Shown: positions 19,812 through 30,105 of the stretch, in pieces | Layout of the letters: every line of letters begins with the position of its first letter | Numbering within the stretch: the first letter of the stretch is position 1 | Virus record (IMG/VR): IMGVR_UViG_3300029928_000003 | Origin: a virus | Taxonomy: Duplodnaviria > Caudoviricetes | Strand: one strand, 5' to 3' | Length of the DNA stretch: 64,000 bases | Notes under the pieces: model-generated | The model's database searches: none | Told to the model about the DNA's origin: nothing | The model's input: the letters and a program-made list of their open reading frames with translations, nothing else | Translations under genes and position numbers: made by a program

Positions 19812-20002
19812 AAAAAATATTATTATTAAGTTTACTTGGATTATGTAGTTGTGATATAATGCTTACAGAAGAACCTATAACTGTAAGATATTATCCACAA
19901 CCATATTATTATATTCCAGCTAAACCAATTCATCATCCTCCTAGGGTTTATCCATTAGATCCTCCAGGAAGATATTATCATTCTAAACCTCATAGACGAT
20001 GA
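19808..20002 (+). CDS. Putative small lipoprotein, Pro/Tyr/His-rich
   Basis: MKK + hydrophobic stretch + GLCSC lipobox-like sequence. Confidence 0.55.
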   Translation: MKKILLLSLLGLCSCDIMLTEEPITVRYYPQPYYYIPAKPIHHPPRVYPLDPPGRYYHSKPHRR

Positions 20003-20460
20003 TTGATATTAATAAACTTATTAGGGAAGCAATGAAATCTAATGATAGAGATGCATTGCGAACTTATCAAAACTTAAAAGCAGAAATACAATTAGTAAAA
20101 ACTGCTAAAAATGCTAAAGAATATACAGAAGCTGTTGAGATACAACTGTTGAGTAAAATGTGTAAAAAATTAGAAGATGCAATTATAAGCTTCTCAGACG
20201 CTGGTAGAGACGATTTAGTTTCTTCTTATACAATTGAATTACATATACTACAAAAGCTGCTTCCTAAGCCTGTATCAGAGTCAGAGATATGTTCTGCTAT
20301 TATATTATGGTGTGCTAAAAATGGGTATTGTGATGGTGTTACTGCTGATTGTTCAATCCCAAAAAAGGAAATGGGAATAACTATAAAAGCCATTAAAGAT
20401 AAATATCCTAATGCCGATGGTAAATTAATTGCTAAAATTGTAAAATCCTATGTTGTATAA
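19999..20460 (+). CDS. YqeY/GatB C-terminal-like protein
   Basis: EAMKS.D...AGRDDL...LLP...KKEMG...ADGK. Confidence 0.8.
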   Translation: MIDINKLIREAMKSNDRDALRTYQNLKAEIQLVKTAKNAKEYTEAVEIQLLSKMCKKLEDAIISFSDAGRDDLVSSYTIELHILQKLLPKPVSESEICSAIILWCAKNGYCDGVTADCSIPKKEMGITIKAIKDKYPNADGKLIAKIVKSYVV

Positions 20461-20932
20461 ATTTATATCTGAAGAACCTTTTTATTATTATGGTTCAAAG
20501 TTTGCTGAAAAGGGGAATATTTTAGAAACAAAAGGTAGAGATACAATTATTAATTTAGATACAGGTTGTAAAATAGAAGGACTCGATGAAGTCATTGGAC
20601 AACTTGTAGACAGTTGTGAATTTTATCCAGAAGATATACATTCAATAGTAAGTAAATCGGGTGAAACTACAGCTACAATAGACAATGTTAATCATCCTAA
20701 ACATTACACATGGTTAAAAGATAAGTGTGGAATTGAGGTAATTGATATAGTAAGACACATGAACTTCAATTTAGGACAAATATTAAAATATATTCTAAGA
20801 TTAGGGCATAAAAATGATAATAACTTTAGTAACTATGAGAAGATATTATCTGATTTGCATAAAGCTGAGTATTATTTAAAAATGGAAATTAATAGGGTAG
20901 ATAAATTATGCAAGAACAATGGAAATCATTGA
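20450..20932 (+). CDS. DUF3310 (T7 gp1.7-like nucleotide kinase) domain protein
   Basis: DNVNHPKHY, IEVIDI, FNLG..LKYILR, DLHKAEYYL. Confidence 0.8.
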   Translation: MLYKFISEEPFYYYGSKFAEKGNILETKGRDTIINLDTGCKIEGLDEVIGQLVDSCEFYPEDIHSIVSKSGETTATIDNVNHPKHYTWLKDKCGIEVIDIVRHMNFNLGQILKYILRLGHKNDNNFSNYEKILSDLHKAEYYLKMEINRVDKLCKNNGNH

Positions 20933-21669
20933 GTAAATACAAGGGTTTAATAGAAGTTAGTACTCTTGGTAGAGTTAGAAGATTACATGGAAAATCAGAT
21001 ATATTAAAACCTAAACTGGATAAAAGAGGATACTTATGTGTTCATATACGAATATCTAAATTGGGGATAAATAAAATGGTTAAAATACACAGGTTAGTAG
21101 CCGAAGCTTTTATACCTAATCCAAATAATTTACCTATTGTAAATCATAAAAATGAAATAAAAACAGATAATAGAGTAGGAAATCTTGAATGGTGTACCCA
21201 TAAATATAATGTAAATTATGGAACAGGATTAAAAAGAAGAGCTTATAATTCTAGAAATCAAGTACACAGAAGTTGTCCTATATTACAATATTCATTAAAT
21301 GGAGAGTTTATACAAGAGTTTCCTTCATTTAAGGAAGTACAAAGGTATTTAGGTAAATCATATAGTAATGTTTGGAATGTATGCAATGGTAGGGGGATTA
21401 GTGCTTATGGATATAAATGGAGTTATAAATACATAGAAGGTAAAAAAATAGAAATTCCTAATTCCTATACTTGGTTTAAAAAGAATTATGGTTTAGATTT
21501 ATCAATAATTTTACAAGACTTATCATTTGATATAGCTTGTGCCATTAAGTATATTCTTAGGTCAGGCCATAAGTCTGAGCAAGATGTACCTGATAAAGCT
21601 AAAGAAATCGAAGATCTTAAGAAAGCTATTTGGTATATTAATGATAGAATTAAAGAACTAGAACAGTGA
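20908..21669 (+). CDS. NUMOD4-HNH homing endonuclease fused to a second DUF3310 segment
   Basis: EQWK..VSTLGRVR, IHRLVAEAF, VNHKNEIKTDNRVGNLEW, NUMOD1-like SAYGYKW, then AIKYILRSGHK...EDLKKAIWYI. Confidence 0.85.
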   Translation: MQEQWKSLSKYKGLIEVSTLGRVRRLHGKSDILKPKLDKRGYLCVHIRISKLGINKMVKIHRLVAEAFIPNPNNLPIVNHKNEIKTDNRVGNLEWCTHKYNVNYGTGLKRRAYNSRNQVHRSCPILQYSLNGEFIQEFPSFKEVQRYLGKSYSNVWNVCNGRGISAYGYKWSYKYIEGKKIEIPNSYTWFKKNYGLDLSIILQDLSFDIACAIKYILRSGHKSEQDVPDKAKEIEDLKKAIWYINDRIKELEQ

Positions 21670-21926
21670 AAGATATTATTATTAAAGGAAGATATAATAC
21701 AGAACATTTATTAAAGTATATAGAAGATAATTTATATAGTTTAGAAAATTGTTTATATTTTAGAACTATATTAGATAATGATAATAATATTATTGCAGTA
21801 GATCCAGATAGCGGACCATTTATGCAAGTAGGTGATAATATATCTAACTTTATAGAAAATTCTACAGATAAAATTATAGAATCAATAGAATATAAAAATA
21901 AGAAAACTTTAATCAAATTAAAATAA
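21666..21926 (+). CDS. Hypothetical protein
   Basis: GTGA-coupled; AVDPDSGPFM. Confidence 0.6.
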   Translation: MKDIIIKGRYNTEHLLKYIEDNLYSLENCLYFRTILDNDNNIIAVDPDSGPFMQVGDNISNFIENSTDKIIESIEYKNKKTLIKLK

Positions 21927-21928
21927 TT

Positions 21929-22279
21929 ATGGACAATGGTTATCCTATGGGTGCTGAATTTGATCCAAATGCACCTTATAATCAAGAAGTAAACGAACCG
22001 AAAACAATTAATGTAGTTATTGATTTATGTATTAGTAAATCAGTACCTATTGAAGTTACTGATTATACTGTAGATGAAGATGGTAATCCTGATTTTTATT
22101 CTTGTGATTTATATGATGCAGTAAGTAATCAGATATATCTTCCTACGGAATTATCTGAAACAATTACCAAGTCTCTTGATTCAGTAAAAGATTTAAAAGA
22201 ATTTAAGCACTATAATAAGAACGCTCTTATAGATGGATCAGATTGGGATATTGATGACTATACAATTACAGTAGAATGA
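21929..22279 (+). CDS. Conserved phage hypothetical protein
   Basis: YPMGAEFDPNAPYNQ N-terminus. Confidence 0.7.
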   Translation: MDNGYPMGAEFDPNAPYNQEVNEPKTINVVIDLCISKSVPIEVTDYTVDEDGNPDFYSCDLYDAVSNQIYLPTELSETITKSLDSVKDLKEFKHYNKNALIDGSDWDIDDYTITVE

Positions 22280-22533
22280 AATTAATTAAATTTGGTGCGG
22301 ATTGGTGTAATCCTTGTAAAATACAAAATTCAGAATTTGAAAAGAATCCTCCTAAAGTAGAACTACAAATAGTAGATGTTGATGAAGATACCGATGATCT
22401 AGCTTCTAAATATCATGTAAGAAATATTCCAGTTATTGTTCTATTAGATAATGATAAAGAAATACATCGTTGGACAGGATTTACTAAAACATATCAGATA
22501 AATGATTATATTGATAATTTAAAGAAACAATGA
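22276..22533 (+). CDS. Thioredoxin
   Basis: FGADWCNPCK, VDVD, VRNIP. Confidence 0.9.
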   Translation: MKLIKFGADWCNPCKIQNSEFEKNPPKVELQIVDVDEDTDDLASKYHVRNIPVIVLLDNDKEIHRWTGFTKTYQINDYIDNLKKQ

Positions 22534-23354
22534 AATTAATAAATCAATCTGTAAAGCAACTTAATCAAGAACTTACTATAGAAGGGGCTATGAAGGCGGC
22601 TGAATATGCTGGAAGAGTATGCTATAATTCCACAGATAAGATTACTGAAGATAGCTATAAAGGATTTATTAAAGGATTAGTAGCTAGAGGACACATGAGT
22701 CCTCTAGCTCATGGTATTATTTATTTTGATTTTCCTAAGGACTTTAATAATACTTATCTAACTATATTAAAGCATAATAATTTTAGTTATACTATTAGTT
22801 CTAAAACTAGGGTATTTGTAGCTACTAATCTACGAGTATTGTATGAAAATTTTAATCAGAAAGAAATAAATACAATGCTCCCATATATTACTAATGATGA
22901 TAAGGGAATTAAATATAGTTCATTTGAAGTCATTACTTCTATAGGAGTAAGTAGAGAATTAAATAGGCATGCAGTTTCTTTAGCTATATGTGAACAATCT
23001 ACTAGATTCTGTAATTTTAGTAAAGATAAATTTAATAGAGAGATTACTTTTATAAAACCAGAATGGTACTATAAGTGTAAGGATTATGTACAAAAAGAAT
23101 TTGTTTCTACTTTAGGTCTTCTCGAAACTAATTATATGAACTGGTTAAACCTTGGATTAAAACCAGAACAAGCTAGAGCAATATTACCTTTAGAAACCGC
23201 AACAAGAGTTATATATACGGGTTTAAATATAGATTGGTTACATGTATTACTTCTTAGAAGTTCTAATATGGGGGCTAAAAATGTACACCCAGAATGTGCC
23301 GAGATAGCCAATTTGATTGCAAATAAATTTGATTTTAATATAAAAGACGTATGA
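22530..23354 (+). CDS. thyX: FAD-dependent thymidylate synthase
   Basis: AGRVCY, GHMSPLAH, SRELNRH, EQSTRF, PEQARAILP. Confidence 0.9.
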   Translation: MKLINQSVKQLNQELTIEGAMKAAEYAGRVCYNSTDKITEDSYKGFIKGLVARGHMSPLAHGIIYFDFPKDFNNTYLTILKHNNFSYTISSKTRVFVATNLRVLYENFNQKEINTMLPYITNDDKGIKYSSFEVITSIGVSRELNRHAVSLAICEQSTRFCNFSKDKFNREITFIKPEWYYKCKDYVQKEFVSTLGLLETNYMNWLNLGLKPEQARAILPLETATRVIYTGLNIDWLHVLLLRSSNMGAKNVHPECAEIANLIANKFDFNIKDV

Positions 23355-23563
23355 TAGTTCTTTGGTTTATTGCTGGAAGTATTCAGATTGCTCTTATTAT
23401 AATGTTTATTAATATGACTCTTAATATTGGTAATATTAATCAAGTATTAATGAAAATATCTAAATCTGTATGTAAAGAAGAAAAAGCCGATATTGTAAAA
23501 GATAACAAAATACAATCTACGACAAATACTGTGAAAGAAGATAGTATACTACTGTGGCATTAA
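23351..23563 (+). CDS. Small membrane protein
   Basis: N-terminal hydrophobic helix. Confidence 0.55.
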   Translation: MIVLWFIAGSIQIALIIMFINMTLNIGNINQVLMKISKSVCKEEKADIVKDNKIQSTTNTVKEDSILLWH

Positions 23564-23572
23564 TTATTAGTT

Positions 23573-23728
23573 ATGGATAATAAAAAATTTAAAAATATAG
23601 TTTTTATCTGGTTATTAGTACTCACATTGTTTATAGTAGGAATGATAATGTGTTTTGGAGATATATATTCTAGATTTAAAGTATTAGATGAGGTATTTAA
23701 AACAATTCAAAACTCCTTAGCTTATTAA
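23573..23728 (+). CDS. Small membrane protein (51 aa)
   Basis: MDNKKFKNIVFIWLLVLTLFIVGMIMCF... Confidence 0.5.
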   Translation: MDNKKFKNIVFIWLLVLTLFIVGMIMCFGDIYSRFKVLDEVFKTIQNSLAY

Positions 23729-23730
23729 TT

Positions 23731-23916
23731 ATGAAAGAAAATCAAGTAAGTACATTGGAGAAAGTTTTATCTTTCTTATTTCCTATTATAGGTATTATTC
23801 TATATTTTATTAATAAAAATAATGTAAAAGATAGTTCAGAATATCTTAAGTGGTCAGGAATAGGATTTTTAATCGGTGTAATTTGTCAATTAATATTAAT
23901 ATCAGTTATAAGTTAA
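23731..23916 (+). CDS. Small two-TM membrane protein
   Basis: VLSFLFPIIGIILYF ... GIGFLIGVICQLILISV. Confidence 0.65.
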   Translation: MKENQVSTLEKVLSFLFPIIGIILYFINKNNVKDSSEYLKWSGIGFLIGVICQLILISVIS

Positions 23917-24299
23917 TGAAGAAATTATTATTTATTTTAATAGCTTTAATTGGATTTAGTACTTCTATTTATGCAGGTACTTATGCCACTACTTTTAAAA
24001 GTGATTCAGTAGGAATTTGTTATTATATGGAATATGAGGATGCGTATGATCAATGGTGGGCAGTTGCTTGGAAGAATTCAGATACGGTTCTTATTGAAGG
24101 GACTGACTTGCTTTTTAATAAACAATACACTATTGAAATAGTATCACGTACTTATAAATCTTATATCCGCTCTATTGCAATTTGGGGTAAAAAACATCCG
24201 AATGCAACACATTTTCCCGATAGATATGTAGAAAAAATTATGTATTTCTGTAAATTAGTGAGTTGTAGAAAATTATCGAATCTTTCTAATGATTATTAA
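23916..24299 (+). CDS. Secreted hypothetical protein
   Basis: Signal peptide MKKLLFILIALIGFSTSIYA; TAATG coupling. Confidence 0.65.
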   Translation: MKKLLFILIALIGFSTSIYAGTYATTFKSDSVGICYYMEYEDAYDQWWAVAWKNSDTVLIEGTDLLFNKQYTIEIVSRTYKSYIRSIAIWGKKHPNATHFPDRYVEKIMYFCKLVSCRKLSNLSNDY

Positions 24300-24304
24300 T
24301 AATT

Positions 24305-24388
24305 ATGATATATGAAACTATTGGTGTAATTATAATAGGTATTATAATTATTTATATTTTAGCTTGGTTATTCGGAGCAACTGAATGA
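24305..24388 (+). CDS. Possible single-TM micropeptide (27 aa)
   Basis: MIYETIGVIIIGIIIIYILAWLFGATE. Confidence 0.35.
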   Translation: MIYETIGVIIIGIIIIYILAWLFGATE

Positions 24389-24463
24389 TTATACTATTAA
24401 GAACTTTGGTATGTATACTTATACTTTATGTATTTGTATACATACCTTTATTTATATTTTATT

Positions 24464-24964
24464 ATGCAGACGACAAAATTTACACAGAACGATATAAACG
24501 AAGGAATAGAAAATCTTAAAGTAGGAATTTGTAATATAATTAATTCTTTAGCAAATAATAAAATATCTGAATTTACTTTAGAATTTCCATTTCCTACTAC
24601 AGTAATGTATGAAATGATAATTAAATTTACTAATGGAGTTAAAGTAATTGATTATAATGCAGTAACAATTAAATTAAGAATACATAATTCTGTTAATATT
24701 TTAATTACTAAAGTTGGAAATAAGTATCATTTTGAATCTAATTTAATTAATCCTATTAAAGATAATCGAATAGTTAGTGATAAAACGTTTGCTACAAGAT
24801 TAATTAGATTTCTAGAACAAGTTGAAGTTCAAGATATGATGAGCGAGGAAGAACAAAAATATCTACTTTCTGTAGCTAATAAATTAAGAAATTATCAATA
24901 CTTAACTAGAACAGAAGAAGAAGATGTTTATTTTAAGAATATAAGATTTCCTAATAAAAATTAA
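24464..24964 (+). CDS. Hypothetical protein
   Basis: ORF track 24428-24964; likely start MQTTK. Confidence 0.6.
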   Translation: MQTTKFTQNDINEGIENLKVGICNIINSLANNKISEFTLEFPFPTTVMYEMIIKFTNGVKVIDYNAVTIKLRIHNSVNILITKVGNKYHFESNLINPIKDNRIVSDKTFATRLIRFLEQVEVQDMMSEEEQKYLLSVANKLRNYQYLTRTEEEDVYFKNIRFPNKN

Positions 24965-25081
24965 GATATAATCTAATTTATATAATCTGATTCTTTCTAC
25001 TCTGATATATTAATTTGTAAAATTGATATTTAATTAGTAAATTTATATTTTCGTACTGCGCATAATTAAGAAAGGACAAAT

Positions 25082-25486
25082 ATGAAAACATTTTTCAAAA
25101 TGCTAACAATTTTAATTGTTGCGCTCATTTTTAGTAATGCACAAGCACAAACAGCAAATCCTAGAGCTACTTATTATTATTGTGGTTCACACGGAATGGG
25201 TTGGAGTGTAGCAGGAGGTGAACGACTAACTCCTCAAAAAGCAAAAGTCGTTAGATACATTGCAGTATCAAGAGATTTAGAAAGAAAAGGATTTAAATTG
25301 GGAATGTACGTAAAGGTTACAAGTGAACACTATCCACATCTAAATGGAGTATGGAAAATCATGGATAGAATGTCTAGTAGAATGCACAATTGTATTGACT
25401 TCCTATTACAGAATAAGGGAGATAGAAAGAAAATGAAAATGCCTAGACATGTAAAAATTGAATTATTAACCAGTAGTACGAAATAA
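25082..25486 (+). CDS. Secreted 3D-domain/RlpA-like putative lytic transglycosylase
   Basis: Signal peptide (…SNAQA), ATYY, IAVSRDL, G.YVKV, WKIMDRM, IDFL. Confidence 0.7.
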   Translation: MKTFFKMLTILIVALIFSNAQAQTANPRATYYYCGSHGMGWSVAGGERLTPQKAKVVRYIAVSRDLERKGFKLGMYVKVTSEHYPHLNGVWKIMDRMSSRMHNCIDFLLQNKGDRKKMKMPRHVKIELLTSSTK

Positions 25487-25490
25487 ACAT

Positions 25491-25538
25491 AATAAGGGGA
25501 AGAATAGCTGCTATAGCTATCCTTCCCCTTATTTTTTT
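25491..25538. terminator. Bidirectional terminator between convergent early and late arms
   Basis: AATAAGGGGAAGAATAGC / GCTATCCTTCCCCTTATT stem with a T-tract on the + side. Confidence 0.85.
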
Positions 25539-28500
25539 ACTATTGTGATTTATTATATGCGTTTCTAGTGTCTTGAAAAGCCCTGAGTACAGCAACATTA
25601 TTATTAATTAGGTCACTTACTGATCGTTTGCCAGCAATTACTCCTAGAGTCTATTTAATAAGTTTAAGATTCTATGAATAAATAGGAGGATTAGTGTTTT
25701 CACCTAAGAATTGAAATACATTAAATACCCCTTTAAAACCATCATAAGATCTAGATGATGATTTATATACTAATTCGACAGTAGCATTAGTAAGTACATC
25801 TCTATTTTTCATATCCTTCTTAAAGTTTCTATAAGAAGGATCAATTGCGCATCCATAAAGAATAGAGAATATTAAAAATGCTAGTAGATCAGAACCTAAC
25901 TTTAATAGATTTCTTCTTTGTACAGGGTCTACCCATATTTCTGATTTAAAATCTCCGTTGTTTAATGCCCTTAAAGTATCTTTTAATGTATAATATATTC
26001 CTTGGATTACTATAGGAACTCTATGCATTAGAGGTTTAATATGAGTTAAATTCTCTGTAGCCTATTTAACAGTACCATCATAGAAATATTTAATAGTACC
26101 GTCTTCACTCTTATATTGTACAATAACTTGACCTGTATCATCTAAGAATTTTAAATTACCTGCACTATCCCTATCCTAGACTAATTCAGAAGAGCCGTTA
26201 GTATATTGCCCTGGTTTCATCATATAATTAGCATAAATACCATTCATCCAAGTAGAATACATACCAAAGAATGTTCCTAATGCCATATGTTCATACGCAG
26301 CACGAGTACTTCTATCATAAGCACCGTATATACTATTAGCCACATTTTTCATTTCTTCTACTTCTTGTAATGAATAAGGCATGGGCAAATTATCCGTATA
26401 ATTAAGAGTTGCATCAGGATGCTCTCTATTATAAGCTCTTATAGCATTGTAATAAGCTCCTTGCTAATTATAATATTCTTTATTACTAGTATCTCCTGAA
26501 GCGTAGATTGAGAATCTTTTGTCTTTTTTCCAATCATATACTAATTCACCATCTTTAATATCGAATGCATCATATACGCCATCTTCATAACATTTAGCTA
26601 CAAATAATGTCATACGATTTAAGAAATCTGGCCTACGTAATGTAGCATATGCCCAATTTCCTATATTTGATATACCTCTACCAGATTTTAAACCTTCAGA
26701 AATTCTAGATATATCAATATTAGAAAGACGGTAAATCTAACATAATTGATTTACTATATTAATTGATCTACCATCTGTAAAAGAATTCTTAATTACTGTT
26801 TTATATGCCTTCATTAATGATTTAGCACTAATATCTGTTTGGTAATGATTAATAGTCCTCATTGTATTTTGCCAGCATCCTTCAAAAGTATCACGTAACA
26901 TACTAGTTATATTACCAGCAATTAAAGTATTGCTAACCATTCTTTTTAATGGCGTAAGAAATCCTAGAATCTTTTGAGAAGTCTTTTCCATAACAGACAT
27001 ATGGAACATGTTGACTTTAACAAAGTCATCAATCATTGATATAGTTTGCTTAATAATTTTCTCTTTATTTGGTACAGATGCTAAAGCATTAAGTTGAAAT
27101 AAAACTCCTTTTATAGTAACTAAAGCTTTATTATATTCTTTAGTTTCTATATCTCGTTCGATATAGTCAGCTAATAATACTTCCAAATTAGTTTCAAAGT
27201 AATCAGCACCATGAGCCGCAATATAATTATTTCTTTCTTTAGAGTCCCCTCTTTGAAATGAGTTTTGTAATTGCCTTGCCCTCCAAGACTAATCTCTTAA
27301 CTCTTGGTCCTCTGGGCTAGTTACATTCTATACAAATTCATCAAAAGCTTGTTTTGGGTTTCTTAATAATGCAGTAGCAGATTCTTTTATATATTCTAGC
27401 TTTTTAGATAAAGGGTATATAGTTCTTCTAGTACTTATTGATGCTTTCTCTAACGGAATTTGAAAATAGGTGTCTCCATGTTTCTTTATAAATTCCTATA
27501 GTTTAGGATCATCTGCAGATGTAAAATCAAACTAAATTCCCTAATTTGGATATTTGATTTTTGCAAACTCAAATAAAATTCGTTTAAGAAATTGCTATTT
27601 GGCATTCTTTTTACCATCATTCTTTATTTGGGCCATTTCATTGGGATTATAGGGATTTAATAATTCTAATGTATTATTTCCTTGTGAATCTCTTTTATAA
27701 AGATCTTGAAACTATTTAGCCTAATTACCTAAAATACTATTCTACAATCTAGAATATCCTATTTCATCATAGAATGTTTTAAAAAATGATCTAATAGGAA
27801 TCCATTTCTATACCGCTTTTTCTGCAATAGTATTTAATGCTCTATTATATAAGTCTGTAATAATACGAAAATTGCTATTAGGTACTCTACTGCTGACAAA
27901 TACATTTTTATCAATAGAACTAAGGGCTTGCACATTAGGGTTAATTTCACCTACATCATAATAAGTAATAGCTTTTAATACATCTGCATAAAGTAAAGCT
28001 ATTTTTTTAGTTGCTTTACTTTTTAATGATGCTTCTAAGTTATTAGTAATTGCAGGATAATTTTCTTCCATAGTTTTCTGAATACTTCTAAGCGCAGTTA
28101 ATCTTGCTTCTACTGTTTTAGCATCTTGTAACTCCCCAAAACCAGTATCTAATAATTCCTAGGTTTCTGCTTTTAATAGAGTAGAGTCCGCAATAGTATC
28201 TTTATAATCTTGCACTAATGTTTCAAACTAATCTACATATTTAAATCCTATAAAATTATTATGAATGTTTACAGTTTTTATTTGATTTACTTCTTGTATA
28301 ATTTTAGAAAAACATTCTTTATTTAGAGTTTCCATATTATAAATAGAACTCTATCCCCTTCCCTATAGAGATACTACTTTTAAAGAACCTAATAATTTAT
28401 CTCCAGATATTTTAGGAAGTACTCTATTGAGTAAAGTCATAGCTCTTACAGCTTCAATAGTACCCATATTAGACTTATAGTTTACTAGAGAACCTGATTT

Positions 28501-30105
28501 AGTATCATACAGTCTACTTCCTAATATATTAGTACCTCTTTTAAAACGAATCATAGCATCTAAATCCATACCGCTTAATATTACAGTATTAATCTATCCA
28601 GAAGCTTTATTTTTAAAGAGTAGTATATTAGCAGACAATAATACATCATTATCTATTAATTCCCAACCAGAGGGAGTATCTTTATTTATTGCAAAATAGG
28701 GACTAAATACTTTATGCAAATAAAGACCTGTTTTGGAATATGCTTTATTAGATAAGAAATTACTTGTTCCATCAGTTAAACCTGCTTTAACATCTTTAAC
28801 GACCCTCTTTAATACTATATCATTTTCAGGAGATAATTTTTCAGAATGCTCCTCTAATATCTCTATAATTTCTTTATTCTTTTCAGGAACAGTTCTATCT
28901 TCTATGTTATATATATGATCTTCGTCTATATATAAGATATATCCATATTTAGGATCAGTACTTTCTTTAATATTTCCTCTATTCTTTTTAATCCACTCTT
29001 GTGCAGATATCTATATACCAGAAGCTTGTATATCTCTTTCTGGAAATATTGCTTGTAAATCTTTAGAAGCGTTATCTAAGTCTTCATCAGATAATTTATC
29101 AGTATCCACATGTGCCGGAATAAAGTAGCTTGCTGCATCATCATATTTTTTAAAAACATATCTATCATTTATTACAGTAAGTTCTTCTGGTTTCTATACT
29201 GAAATGGAATCAATAGCAGATAAATCATCATTATATACCATACGAACTGGTATAATATGTAAAGTAGCATTATTTACTGATATGCCGTGGGCGGCTAACA
29301 TCTATTTAAGTAAGGCCATTTGATATCTATATTTTTCCATTTTTACAGAACCCATATTAATTCCGCTAGTAGTTACTTTATAATTATATATATGTAAATC
29401 ACCATCGGCATCTACTATACACATATCAATATGCCCAAATATATCTTTAGGCATATCTCTTAATTTAGCAGTTAAATTAACATTAAAAAATGCTTGGGAC
29501 GATCTACCACTATTTTTCTTTTTAATGCCTGAGAATATACTAATTTTAGTATTATCTATTTCTGTTTTTAAAGCATTAGAAACATTCTTAAATTTGGTAT
29601 CCTTTAACTATTTATTAAATTCATAGGTACTTGTTTTATCATCTATCTTACTAATTATTGTATGTAGCTAAGTGGCATCTGCGGCTATCATATCCCAATT
29701 ATCTACTTCAAGAGTGGCCTTTCTTTTACCTTCTTCTAAAGTGGGGCTTACCCCATCTTTAACAAACTACGCTGCTTTATGTTCTATATATCCATCTCTA
29801 CTTAAAGATGTTATATGAGTTTTTTCATAAAAAACAGGGGTATCTATTAATTCCTAAGAGCTTATACAACCTTTACTTGTCCAATATGGTTCACCATCGT
29901 CATACGCCATCTTATTATGAGATTTTACTGGGATAGCTTGTAAGTTGGCTATTGCAGATGCAATTTTTTCCTACTTCTAATTTGCTTTACTAAAGATAAT
30001 ATCTGATTCATTTTCATAATTTATGATATGATCATCTTTAATAGCTCTTACGAGATCCTAATAGCTTTTGTAAGCAGTTCCTTTATAAGTATATGTACAA
30101 TTCAT
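25537..30105 (-). CDS. Large virion/cargo protein (~1522 aa, TAG=Gln) with degenerate RecB-like PD-(D/E)xK domain
   Basis: ORF fragments 25672-28569 share one frame and end at TAG; start MNCTYTYK (ATGA overlap), stop TAA; GHID...IYNYK...YRYQMALL. Confidence 0.8.

Noticed and set aside
6454-23443. Short - strand ORFs in the early arm (6454, 6983, 8727, 12331, 13967, 16196, 17302, 18032, 18183, 18615, 21486, 21650, 23132)
   Set aside because: Antisense shadows of well-supported + strand genes
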